A stretch of DNA of 40,980 nt from Octopus bimaculoides (Eukaryota), in the NCBI RefSeq assembly GCF_001194135.2, contig NC_068984.1, positions 98,170,727-98,211,706 of the forward strand, given 5' to 3'. The position numbers and the translations under genes are program-made. Of the stretch, positions 1-10,849 are shown piece by piece (position 1 is the first letter of the stretch; every line of letters starts with the position of its first letter). The notes under the pieces were generated by a model. The model saw only the letters and a program-made list of their open reading frames with translations. It was not told the DNA's origin and did no database searches.

Positions 1-250
1 ATAAGGGATCGGGGGACTCTGTCAACGGCTTTCTCCATGTCAACGAAAGCCAGGTACAGAGGTTTATCCTTGGCTAGATATTTCTCCTGCAGCTGTCTTA
101 CTAGAAATATGGCATCAGTAGTGCTTTTACCTGGCATGAACCCAAACTGCATCTCATCTAAATTGATTCGCTCCCTAATTAGTTGGGCTATGACCCTCTC
201 TGTAACTTTCATAACCTGATCTAACAGCTTGATGCCTCTGTAATTATTTG

Positions 251-251
<1 letters not shown>
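1..251 (-). mobile_element. RTE-clade LINE reverse transcriptase fragment (runs off the window start)
   Basis: Manual minus-strand translation (absent from the ORF track, no start codon): TNNYRGIKLLDQVMKVTERVIAQLIRERINLDEMQFGFMPGKSTTDAIFLVRQLQEKYLAKDKPLYLAFVDMEKAVDRVPRSL. The motifs NYRGI, QFGF, STTDAIF and AFVDMEKA(F)DRV are typical of RTE RT. Confidence 0.92.

Positions 252-252
<1 letters not shown>

Positions 253-287
<35 letters not shown>
253..287. repeat. (TA)n microsatellite
   Basis: Near-perfect TA run seen directly. Confidence 0.95.
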
Positions 288-288
<1 letters not shown>

Positions 289-290
<2 letters not shown>

Positions 291-690
291 CAAACAACTT
301 GCAGATGCAATTGCTACCAGTTGGAAGCCCTGCATACCAGATGCTAACAAGTTTATGGGGTCATCAGAAGAGAATATGAGCTGTTTCAGGACTTACCTCT
401 CAATGGCATCCACACCCCTACCCCGCTTACTGAAATGATGGCCAGCCTGCTAGATCAACTGGTTATCAGGTTTTACTCAATATTCTTCTAGCCATTGCAC
501 ATTGTCGCTTTTTAACCAAATCCAATTGCTTACCTTTTCCACTGTAGTTTGGATATCACTCATGGTGATATTTGCTTTATGATGAGTTATGCCTAACGAT
601 AACAATAGTTGCCTCACACTGTGTCCAATGGATCTTCTACATCTGACTTTGATTAGAAAATGCTCCACTTTCCAGCCTGGGCTTGTGTTG
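289..690 (-). mobile_element. 3' end of a HERO-like (restriction-like endonuclease, R2-group) non-LTR retrotransposon: C-terminal coding remnant 477-682 plus 3' UTR
   Basis: Minus frame PGWKVEHFLIKVRCRRSIGHSVRQLLLSLGITHHKANITMSDIQTTVEKVSNWIWLKSDNVQWLEEY* matches the recalled REL C-terminal pattern GW...PIEVGCRGF.G.S...LL..LGI...E.AS.W.WLKR...W. The UTR extent is approximate. Confidence 0.7.
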
Positions 691-728
691 TAAAAAAAAA
701 CAAAAAAACTGCAACATATTAATCAGTG

Positions 729-1500
729 TTTAATCTCCTTTGAAGTAGTCCCCTTCTGAAGCCACCCACTTCACCTATTGTCATTTCCATTGATGAAGCA
801 TTTCTGAAACTCCTTTCTTGTGATAATGAGCAGCTGCCTCATCACATTCTCTTGGATTTCTTGAAAGTCCTGAAATTTTGTTCCTTTAAAGTGGGGTTTG
901 ATTTTTGGAAAGACGTAGAAGTTGCAAGGGGTAAAATTTGGGGAATATGGTGGTGTTTGGACCTGGGGAATGTTGTGTTTGGCCAAAAACCGCTATACAG
1001 GTTGTGCTGAATGAACAGGTATATTGTCATGGTGGAGTTGCCACTCACTGATACATGCAATTCAGTTCTTTTCTGATGAACAGCATCCCACAAATGCTGC
1101 AACATGCCACTGTAGTACCCCTTGTTTACTGTCTGACCAGATGGAGCATACTTAGAGTGAACATTGCTCTTGTAGTCAAAGAAAACTATCAGTAGTGTCT
1201 TCACATTGTTTTGACTAATTCATGCTTTCTTTGGTGTCTGAGAGGTTGGGGCCTTACACCACAAAGACTGATCCATGATTTGTCATCTGTTGTGACTATT
1301 TTCAAATAGTTTTTGTCTTCCTCGACACAACCAAGATCTTGTGCAGCTGAAACCTGATCTTTTTGGTTAACTGAAAGCAGTTTTGGCACACAAACTTGAC
1401 AGACACATGTCTCATACTCAAATCTTCACTGAGAATGGAATGCACTGAACCGTAACTAATGTTCACATCCTCTGACAACTCATGTATGGTGATTTGATGT
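729..1500 (-). mobile_element. Decayed mariner (DD34D) transposase, 5'-truncated, with multiple frameshifts and stops
   Basis: Fragments in order: ITIHELSEDVNISYGSVHSILSEDLSMRHVSVKFV / PKLLS / KTLLIVFFDY..GQTVNKGYY / LHHDNIPVH..PPYSPNFTPCNFYVFPKIK..EFQKCF. There are exactly 34 codons between the HHD aspartate and the third catalytic position, which is mutated to N. Confidence 0.92.
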
Positions 1501-1531
1501 ATGCATGATATGTATACATTGTGTGTGCGTG

Positions 1532-1577
<46 letters not shown>

Positions 1578-1578
<1 letters not shown>

Positions 1579-1957
1579 TCTTTTACTCTCTTACTTGTTT
1601 CAGTCATTTGACTGCGGCCATGCTGGAGCACCGCCTTTAGTTGAGAAATTCGACCCCAGGACTTATTCATTGTAAGCCTAGTACTTATTCTATTGGTCTC
1701 TTTTTGCTGAACCGCTAAGTTACGGGAACGTAAGCACACCAGCATCAGTTGTCAAGCGATGGTGGGGGGACAAACACAGACACACAAACACACACATATA
1801 TATATATACATATATACGACGGGCTTCTTTCAGTTTCCGTCTACCAAATCCACTCACAAGGCTTTGGTCGGCCCAAGGCTATAGTAGAAGACACTTGCCC
1901 AAGGTGCCACGTAGTGGGACTGAACCCGGAACCATGTGGGTGGTAAGCAAGCTACTT
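1578..1957 (-). mobile_element. tRNA-derived SINE, family A; the extreme 5' end including the A box is missing
   Basis: The minus strand has a B box (GGTTCAGTCC), the CCTTGGGCAAGTGTCTT post-tRNA motif, an internal CA/TA microsatellite and a 3' tail GGCGGTGCTCCAGCATGGCCGCAGTCAAATGACTGAAACAAGTAAGAGAGTAAAAGAG. The head recurs at 20830-20940 and 34109-34273. Preceded by (TA)n at ~1525-1577. Confidence 0.88.
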
Positions 1958-2271
1958 GAGCACTCCGTCGGTTATGACGACGAGGGTCCCAGCTGATACA
2001 GTCAATGGAACAGCTTGCTTGTGAAATTAAAATGTAAGTGGCTGAGTACTCCACAGACATGTGTACCCTTAACATAGTTCTCAGGGAGATTCAGTGTGAC
2101 AAGAGTGTGACACGGCTGGCCTTTTGAAGTACAGGTACTACTAACTTTTGCCAACTGACTGGAGCAATGTGAAATAAAGTGTCTTGCTCAAGGATACAAT
2201 GCATTACCAGGAATTGAACTCACAATCATTACAATTGTCAGCCAAATGCGCTAACCACTAAGCCACACGCC

Positions 2272-2274
<3 letters not shown>
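1958..2274 (-). mobile_element. tRNA-derived SINE, family B, near full length
   Basis: The minus strand starts GAAGGCGTGTGGCTTAGTGGTTAG (A box), then GAGTTCAATTCC (B box-like) and TCCTTGAGCAAGACACTT. The 3' part recurs in + orientation at ~27770-27895. Confidence 0.8.
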
Positions 2275-2308
<34 letters not shown>

Positions 2309-2579
2309 TGTGTATATATGTGTAAAATAAACCAAATTTATATATGTAATATGTAACTGTTTATTTATACAGACGCGTGTATTTTCAATCACTCCTATAT
2401 CATCACAAACATACAACTGGATTCTCATATGGTTTTGTTGATGGCAGTTAGTTATTTGATCAACTGAAATACCAATAAAATGAGGCCATTAGTCTTCGGC
2501 TAAACATCTGCAGAACTTGAATAGCATCATCAGCCTTGTTTTAATGTCTACTTTTCCATGTTTGCATGGGTCAGATGGC

Positions 2580-2950
2580 TATGTGAAGCTGCTGGAGACA
2601 GGTCAATCCCTGATTGGAGGAAGCTGCTGCTGCTGCTGGAATAATGTGTGTGGCAGCAAGATTTGGCTCCTTGCCATATCCCCAGAATGAGTTAGAAGTG
2701 GTTGCTGGAGAATTTCTATGACTTCACCAGCCCCGACTTCTGGCCTCCTAACTCTCTCAATTGTAATCCCATGGATCACTGTGGGAGCATGGTTGAGAAA
2801 GACCACAAATGCTCTCCCTGTCACACCAAGGCAAAACTGAATGAAGTGTTTGAAGATCTCCTCAGGGACAGAATGAAAAATATGAGCACCAGGTTCTGGA
2901 GCCATCTTGAGTCCATGGTGGAAGGTGAGGGATGGGGGCTACTTTGAGTA
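2580..2950 (+). mobile_element. maT-family (DD37D) Tc1/mariner transposase C-terminal fragment
   Basis: YVKLLET..VWQQDLAPCH..QKWLLENFYDFTSPDFWPPNSLNCNPMDH..RFWSHLESMVEGEG. The second D (2660-2662) and third D (2774-2776) are separated by exactly 111 nt, i.e. 37 codons. Confidence 0.85.
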
Positions 2951-3989
2951 AACTGATATCTCCCAACCATAATCTAGTTGATGTTTTTAATTTTTTACAA
3001 TACTTTTATTTTTAGATGCGATATTGTGTGTTTTTTTTTCCTTTTATGCAAACTGTCACATTTAGTCTGAACAACCCAGTGACATTAGTTACCCATAAAA
3101 TGAACAGATACTTGCCCAATCCACTTGATTTTCAGACAGAGGAATGCAACTGTCAGTACTTAATTCACTATGATTTTAGTTGCTCTTCAAACTGTCCATT
3201 TCTTCACATCATTTCTGGGTCCAAGTTTCGGCCACATGCTATCTCTGGAATAACAATCCAAGACACTAGTTGTCACATTTTATACAATGTTTTCTTACTC
3301 ACCACATGTTAGAAGAAAGACAGTTCAGGTTCAACAAAGAAACAATAGTCTTTAATCATTGGCTGGACAATACATGAAGCCCACATTCACAATTATATCA
3401 ATTTCCCAAACCATTGATTGTCTAAATCTTATGTAGACCTATTGTAGAACTTTTAAGCATTAGATACAGCATATAAGAAAATGTAAGTTGTATAAAATGT
3501 ATTTCTTCCAGTAGCCTTTGGTTGTTTCAAAATGGCAACTAAGGACCACCATGAAATATATATATATGCTATAAGTACAATTACATTCATACCCTCTGGT
3601 TTCAGATACTTGGTTCAATGGCACAACAGAAGTCAACCATATCACTAATTATCTTCAACTCTGGAATGCAAATAAAAAAATGAAGCCAACTTTGTTTAGA
3701 ACAAAAAAACCTATTTAGGTTAGAAATTTGTTATAATGGGAAATGTTCACCATTTGGTGGTTGAGGATGCAATTTAAGGCTACTGGTCTTGAATATTACT
3801 AGGTGGCTGTCCATCATTAGACTAGCTCATGATCAATAAGGAGGAAGATTGCCTAGCGTGAAAAAACAAGATGTAATTTGAAACACTTATGCTCCAACAG
3901 ATTTTCATATCTTCAGATTGCTGTGATAGTCCTCATGGTATCCCACATATTTTCAACTTAACTAATTTTAGTAATCTAATTATATACTG

Positions 3990-4260
3990 CACTTATGGAA
4001 TAATCCCAACAATGTGGCAGAATGGCTTTAGCCTGAATTCCAAAATGGAACTTCTCTTGAGGAATCCACGACAAATGATGACAATAATTTTTATGATGGA
4101 GAGGGTGACAGTATTAGTGGCAATAATTAAATAAGATAATAGATGTTTAGGATGATGGTGACAATGATGATTTTGGTGATGATGTTGAAGATGATGATAG
4201 TGGTGGTGATGATGATACAACTGATGGTGTTTATGTTGACAATGATGCAGAAATTAGAAT
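3990..4260. repeat. Degenerate (GAT/GGT)n trinucleotide low-complexity tract
   Basis: Visible imperfect gat/ggt repeats; the His-rich ORF here is an artefact. Confidence 0.8.
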
Positions 4261-4552
4261 GGTCATAGAAGCTGGTTCTTGTAAAGTTATGAATTCTTTG
4301 AGTTTTGTTTTCATTGTTAGTTGATTTTTATTTTTCTTTATTGCTTTGGTCTGAAGGAAGATGTTGTGCCTAGGATTTAGTTAGCACTCTTTTTGAACAT
4401 TTGTAGCAAGGAAATTTCAGAGAGAAAGCACTGGTTCTATCTCCATTCAGCACCACCCCATTCCCTTTATCTTTCTACCTTTCTACCAATGAAAAATGAA
4501 AGTAAAATGAGGATTTCATATAACATGTGTAGCCACCCCTTTACACAAACGC

Positions 4553-4559
4553 ACATGCG

Positions 4560-4606
<47 letters not shown>

Positions 4607-4698
4607 NNNNNNNNNNNNNNNNNNNNNNNNNNNNNNNNNNNNNNNNNNNNNNNNNNNNNNNNNNNNNNNNNNNNNNNNNNNNNNNNNNNNNNNNNNNN

Positions 4699-4735
<37 letters not shown>
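4553..4735. repeat. (CG)n(CA)n microsatellite, gap, then (CT)n microsatellite
   Basis: Seen directly, flanking the N gap 4607-4698. Confidence 0.95.
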
Positions 4736-4736
<1 letters not shown>

Positions 4737-5934
4737 ATCAGGTCTATTATTTAAATAGATACAACATACCAGTGTTGTGTACCAATTCAGAAAGTATTAA
4801 AATATGCATACTATATATCTTGTCATCATCATGATCATCATTGATGTAGTCATCATCAACATCATGTTCATTTTCCATTGTTGACACAGATGGCGCAGAT
4901 CTGCAGTTCAGCCTTTCTCCCAGTAAAGCACACTATCCTCAAATCCCTCCTCCTACAAACAGACTTCCTCTCAACTCTTTTTCTTTTCAGTCTACTTCTG
5001 CTATGGGTATCATCCACTCCTATCCCTGCTCAACACTTTTCACCCAGCACACATCATTGGTTTGCATTACATGTTGATAGCAATTTAGTTGCGTTTCTTC
5101 TGCATTCATGTGACATTGTTTTTGAGGCCAACTTTATCTTTAAATTCATTTGTGCTCCACTTTCTTGTAAGATAAAACCTTTCATCTCTTTAGAAATGAT
5201 ATGCAACTCATCTCTCTGCAGTTTTTCCCTTCTTTTTTTTTTTTTTTTAATCTTTGGAATAGAGTCTGCTTGATGCAATAACTTCTCTACTTTGTTTGTC
5301 ATACAATATCTGGCTTCTGATATGTTAAAAAACAGTAAATAATTTAAGAGGCAATAGGCTGCTACATCTAGTAGCTTGCATGACAATTGTTGAGGCTTGC
5401 TACTTCACTCACTGTATGTCTTTTCTAATGCTGGCTAGTCATCCATGACATAGTAGAGAATCCTGTTGTTGGCCATATAGACTGCTATGTTGTTTGCCAT
5501 GTTGACTGCAGCAACATAGCTTATTAGCCATGCAGACTGCATCAGCATGATGGCATAGTACATCTTGTTCAGGGGTACCACACTTACACTGTGTAAGGGT
5601 TTTTAGTTTTTGTATTGATTTATAATTACACTGAAGAATGGTTATATATTAAATATACTTTTTTGTTAATTTCATTCACTAGAATGAAACAATGTTACTA
5701 GCAGTAAATATTGAATATAACAATAGAATTGTGATTAAAATGGATAAATGTTTCTTCTATAACTATAATAGAGCTTTAAGATTTTTAGATTATATATTTT
5801 AGCCTTACTGTGGGGAAAATGTAAAATACACTTTCTCTGGCACTCCATCAAAACTGTCATTCTGGACCAAGACCAGTGGATCTTTTTCTTTAGTGGGTTG
5901 GTTTTCTAACCTCAGATGGAGAAATTGGAAAATG

Positions 5935-6190
5935 TGATCTCTTTAGGTTACACCATGTATGTTTTCTGTGTTACAACAAAGACTCTCACTGTTACAATAT
6001 ATGATACAATTTATTCTCTGTAGGTTACACCAAGTATTTTCTCCATTGGTAGCACATTCTCTAAAGGTTACATGTTCTCTCTGTATTACATATTTTCTTT
6101 GTAGATTGCTGTGTATGTTCCTTTTTTTTGATTACATGTTCTTCCTAAGTTATACTTTTTTCTGCATTACATGTTCTCTCTGAATTACAA
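5935..6190. repeat. Degenerate minisatellite with core ttacatgttctct(ct)g
   Basis: Repeated variants ggttacacca / ttacatgttctctctg / ttacatattttc at short, irregular intervals. Confidence 0.6.
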
Positions 6191-7002
6191 CAACTAGATT
6201 ATTATGTATGTTCTGAGTATGGGTTGCAAAATATATTCCATCAAGGTATTCCTAACCAGACTCTTGTTATTTTTAAAGAATATTTTGTAGGTATAGTATA
6301 ACTAGAACAGGTATAGTATAACTAGAATTATATTACCTAATGTACCTTTCCTATTTTAAGACAATGAAGTGTAATATGAGGGTGATTTTGTTACTATTTC
6401 TAGAAGGTTGAATAACCACATAGAAACTCTTTTATTAGTTGTATAATCTACTTTATGCACTACAGATGTTTAATTCTTTAGACAATCATTGCAGAATCTG
6501 ATCATAGAATTCTGTGGTCTATAACCTTGCTAACTCTTTGTGACTTTCTGCTTATTATGGGTTTGTTTGTTTTTTATGTATGGGATTGGAAATATGAAGG
6601 GGAGAGCTATGATCAACTGTATTAGCACCAGTACATGGCTGGTGATTAGTTTCTTGACCCTTGAATGAAAAACCACATTTATCATCCTTTTTATTTTTAA
6701 ATCACAAAGATTTGTGGAACTGGCATTTATTCCTAGTTTCCATAGTGTTATACAATTGAGAGACAAGAAGCTTGTCTATCACAGATAACTTTTGCCTTAG
6801 AAGGAATTAAACTTAACACTGTAAGCCAACAAATTATTCATCAATTCCACACAGTTGATGATTATAGTGTTGATTTATACCACCTACAATACCAACTTAG
6901 ATCTAATTCAGTTCACTAGTAGTAGGATATGATCTGCTCACTTCTGTTTGTTATTTAGATGATACAACATAGGGTAAAAATATCAGTACTCTCCCTCATT
7001 AG

Positions 7003-7121
7003 TCTAAAAATAAACAATCACATCAACAAAATCTCAAAGCTATGAAATAATGCATGATTAATTCAAAGTAATGTAAATAAATAAACATTACATTTACAGA
7101 ATAAACCAGAAAGCTAAAGGG
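7003..7121 (-). mobile_element. Partial piggyBac-type MITE, inverted copy of the left half of 7867-8086
   Basis: The reverse complement reads ccctttagc...tttgaattaatcatgcattatttcatagctttgagattttgttgatgtgattgtttatttttaga and aligns with 7867-7985. Confidence 0.75.
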
Positions 7122-7866
7122 TTGAAGTCCAGTATTTATCTTTACTTTCATGGTGTTCTATAAACAAGAGACAAATTTTCCCCAGGAAATGATGCTAGTT
7201 TATTGTAGCTAGTATTCTCCACATGATCTTGTAACTATTCCTACTTAACAGCTAAATGGCCTGATACACCTGAAGCAGACTAGACCTTATGACCCATGAG
7301 TAAATAATCCACTGCTTTATCCACCTTCTTTTGGCAGAGAAGGGAAGCAAATATATCTCTGCATATTGACTTTGGTGAAAGAGGTTGTATGGCAGCCTAT
7401 TTGATGAAGCACTCTTCCACTTCAGGTACCAATTGAACTGGAATGTGCAGGTAGAGAGAGAGAGAGAGAGCTGGGGAGAGTTGCATGCTTGTGTGCTTAT
7501 CAAAAAGTAGATAAATGTGGCAAGACAAGTGAGTCTGCATGGGCCTACTTTGAGTATGCCTTTCTAAGTAAGAGGAAAGAAACTGGAAGAGGATACTTCT
7601 GATGTCTGGAAATGGCAGAGAAATTTGGACCTGTCTATGTGGGGTTTCCCTTGGGTGGACTACCTTGCCACTGGGGAATCTTTCTTGTTGAAAATTTAGT
7701 TGGGCTTTTATTTTTATATCTTTTGTTGTATCCTATGTTATATCATTATTATTGTTGATGTCAATCCCACTTCCTGTATATTGTATTTCATCTTTTTATA
7801 TTATCCTCGATGTCTTAAAATGGTGCTTGCAGACAAAACTTAGATCTTGAGGAAAGAATACATTAA

Positions 7867-8086
7867 CCCTTTAGTGTTTAAATTACTCTGCCAAAAGTAA
7901 AGCTTATTAATTCATATTGTTTTGAATTAATCATGTATTGTTTCATAGCTTTGAGATTTTGATGATGTTATTGTCTATTTTTAGAATGGCATTGTAGGGT
8001 AGGTGTAAGAGGCTAGATCAGACCTGTTTGAACAAAACATAGGAGGCTTATTTTGGCTGAATATGGCCTATTTAAATGCTAAAGGG
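7867..8086. mobile_element. Complete piggyBac-type MITE (220 bp) with TTAA target-site duplication
   Basis: TTAA (7863-7866) + CCCTTTAGTGTTTAAAT ... ATTTAAATGCTAAAGGG + TTAA (8087-8090). The TIRs match at 15/17 positions. Confidence 0.88.
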
Positions 8087-9149
8087 TTAATTAATATATT
8101 TCTTTACACACTGTCTAAATAAAGGATAGGATGAGCATGGCTAGAAGGTCTTTGCTAAATCAGGACTGACCTGTGACTAAACAAATAAAGGAGCCAGATC
8201 TTTTTAAATCGCTCCATACTGGATTTAAGAATAGAAAGACATTAACTAATATTGTCTTAGATACACTATGTCTGAGGAAAAGGATAGGCTGACTTTATTG
8301 GATCAGCACTGACTAAAGGTGGTAGAGGTAAACAGCAAAATGGTTGTTTGATCTACAAGATATAGCAACCTAATCTTCCTCATCTAGCCATTGTAAAACA
8401 GTACAGGTTACATTTCATAATGTAGTTGCTGATAGCCATAAAAACAAGATGGCCACCACTGGAACATGTTTTGATCATAGGCTTACAGAATCAGCATTGC
8501 CTTACAACAACAACAACACATAAAGAGTTGTGAAATGAAATTAATATATTGATTAGCTCTGGATCAGACATAATTCAGCATTCTAGTTGTGGCTATCTTT
8601 TATTTCAACATAATGTATCTACAAATATATTATCTATTGTGTTTTTTTTTTAAGGTGGATGTTGGTTTTGAGATAGAGGTTTGGCTGCAATTTCTAGCAT
8701 GTAAGACACCCATGCAGAGGCTCCTTCATGGGCTCTATCATACAAATGTTGTTCAGTCCCATACAAATATGTCAGCTTGTTGATTAAAGGCACTCAAGGT
8801 TTGACCTTCTCATCATCTGATATTTTTTTTTTTCTTTTGCTGTTTGAAGGAAATTTAGCTGCTATTACTTGCATGACAAGCAACCAGCCAAATATGGTTG
8901 CTATTGCTACATTGATACAAATTTTCAACTATTCAACTCTGCACCATTGATCTTCTTCAAAGAGATCTGAACAACAACAATTTTAGCAACAATAACTAAC
9001 AAGCATATCTTGCTCTAATAATCATTGCTGTTACCACTAACTACTCTACCATTATCACCATAAGCATCATTGAAAATTCAAACACGCCTCAACTTCTGGA
9101 TCACAAAATATGAGCAACTAAATTGGCCAAGCAAGATAAAAACATTGAG

Positions 9150-9275
9150 AACTAGAAAAGCACTTGGAGAGCACAGAACTCCGCCAAACAGCTCATTTCC
9201 ATCCATACTGAAAATCGCCCAATTTCCCAAACCAATGCTGGCAAAAACATAACCTCGTCCCATACTTATCTTGGC
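9150..9275 (-). mobile_element. Possible tiny non-autonomous Helentron-type remnant
   Basis: The minus strand ends ...GGCGGAGTTCTGTGCTCTCCAAGTGCTTTTCTAGTT and the other end reads AAAAACATAACCTC...CTTGGC. Both resemble Helentron-derived termini as I recall them, but they are degenerate. Confidence 0.42.
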
Positions 9276-9353
9276 CATCATCATCATCAACACTGTCTCT
9301 GCTTTCACCACAATCACCATCAAAACTACGATCACCACAATCAGTTTTTTACA

Positions 9354-9431
9354 CAGTTGAAAATCCATTATCCGATACTCACGGGACCAAGATTGTTGCA
9401 GATTTTTAATTTTTCTAATTTCGGAGTGCTT

Positions 9432-9463
<32 letters not shown>

Positions 9464-9565
9464 TGCATCTATAAAACGGAACAGTTTGAGGATAGAAACC
9501 AGGTCTAAAGCTTATAGACATACTCTGAATGTAGTTCTATATAAATCTTTAATAATTTTTTTTTA
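9354..9565 (+). mobile_element. pogo/Tigger-type MITE left-end fragment (MER46/Tigger4-like)
   Basis: cagttgaaaatccattatccgatac..gggaccaagattgttgcagatttt...ttgaggatagaaaccaggtctaaa..cttatagacatactctgaatgtagttctatataaatctttaataatttt is colinear with the MER46-type consensus as recalled. No right TIR is seen. Confidence 0.55.
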
Positions 9566-9640
9566 TACTTAAGCCCATCAGAAATGTTAAGATATCAGCC
9601 TCTACCCATGTTGTCATGCTTTGATTAAAAGGTTACAGCA

Positions 9641-10135
9641 TAGATTAGATTACTTAGATAAGTTTCTGCCTAAGTTGACTCAGGCCATGTCTAATTTAAT
9701 AGCACCACCTGGAAGAGATAAACAGTCAGCTCTGAGGAACCGTAGCCCATTCAAGCAGAGGGTTATTGTTTTCAGAGACATATCTGGGTGTGGGTGGTTT
9801 ATCTGGTATTTGTTGGGGGGTAATCATCTTGGGATCGTTTGAATGCCGTGAAGTCACTTTCCTCCTTTATGTGTGTCTGGCATGATGTTGAAGAGAGCAG
9901 GGCCAATTGAGGTGAAATAGTTCTGTCATAGTGTTGTGATACGACTCGAACATTTCTATAGTGGATGGATGGCATGGGGGCCAAGACTCGGACGAATTTT
10001 AAAGATGGGCAATGTTGATGGAATATTTTCCACATCATACAGATGATATAGAGCTCACGGCGGCAGTGGAGGGAGCAAAGCCTGGGCTTTTTGAGTCGAT
10101 CCCAATAGTCAAGTGTTGTCATGTCATCCTCCGCA
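9641..10135 (-). mobile_element. 3' end of a CR1-group LINE (ORF2 C-terminus plus 3' UTR)
   Basis: TTLDYWDRLKKPRLCSLHCRRELYIICMMWKI matches the YW.RL..L.LYSL.RRRERY.II..WKI motif. Downstream ALLFNIMP is followed by a 3' UTR ending in short TAATC/TAAG tail repeats. Confidence 0.8.
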
Positions 10136-10849
10136 GACCTCTACCAAGCAGCTCATTTTAAGATAGATATGCGAGTAAACTTACTAATAGAGAAATGAAA
10201 ATAAACTTTGGAAACAGCAACGCCACCATAGGTTTTGAGGAAACGATGAACATGTTTTCAAGGGAGATAATCAAAGAACTTAACATTGTAATACTTCATG
10301 TAAAGTAAATATAACAAATGAAAAATCCTTCAAGAATCCATAAAAATTCCTGTAAATATGTTATTGATGTTTCAGCACATCTTCCTGGGTGCAAAAAAAA
10401 AAGAAAAAAGAGGGAGAAACATACTCTTTAACTCTTTGAAAATTAATATTAAAAAAAATTGATTTTTATGCTTTATAAAAATGGTATGACAATTAAAATT
10501 GTTCATTAATGACTGCTGTGTCCTGGCATATTTTTTAGCAAATTCTTTATTTCTTTCAGTGAATTCTTTATTGATGAGAACCCCTCTACCTAAAGGGTTA
10601 AAGGCAACATTATCAAATACCTTCTTATTGTTGATGAATAGATAGTATGAACATTTATTGATGAAATCTGTCAACAATGACTTGTAAAGATAAACAAATA
10701 TTGATATAATTTTGGACTGACAATGGCATTAGAAGTTCTAGTTGAGCTGTAGAGGATAATATTTCATTGTATCGTTTACATATTGGACTATTGATTCAAG
10801 CATGGAAACATCCCGTAGTAGTATTGACCTAACAAACTCTGACTTTATC

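Noticed and set aside
1072-1110. CTGATGA followed by a cagcat/atgctg stem
   Set aside because: There is no GAAA after the stem, and it lies inside the mariner coding remnant. The similar CTGATGA at ~11452 also lacks GAAA.
1860-2274. tRNA-like A/B boxes as genuine tRNA genes (also 16382-16470, 34190-34273)
   Set aside because: They are continuous with SINE bodies and have no intact cloverleaf, so they are SINE heads rather than tRNA genes.
4890-5006. Possible 117-bp symmetric exon (…ttgacacag | DGADLQFSLSPSKAHYPQIPPPTNRLPLNSFSFQSTSAM | gtatca)
   Set aside because: The donor is weak, the peptide matches nothing I recognise, and no partner exons were found. It needs RNA-seq support.
5582-5598. 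Palindrome cttacac-t-gtgtaag
   Set aside because: A 7-bp palindrome is expected by chance in 41 kb of AT-rich DNA.
10372-10677. 101-aa minus ORF and a strong + strand acceptor (tctttcag at ~10559)
   Set aside because: No recognisable domain, the sequence is AT-rich and the + frames stop quickly. A lone ctaaagggttaa at 10590-10601 suggests a decayed MITE instead, but its left TIR is too weak to call.
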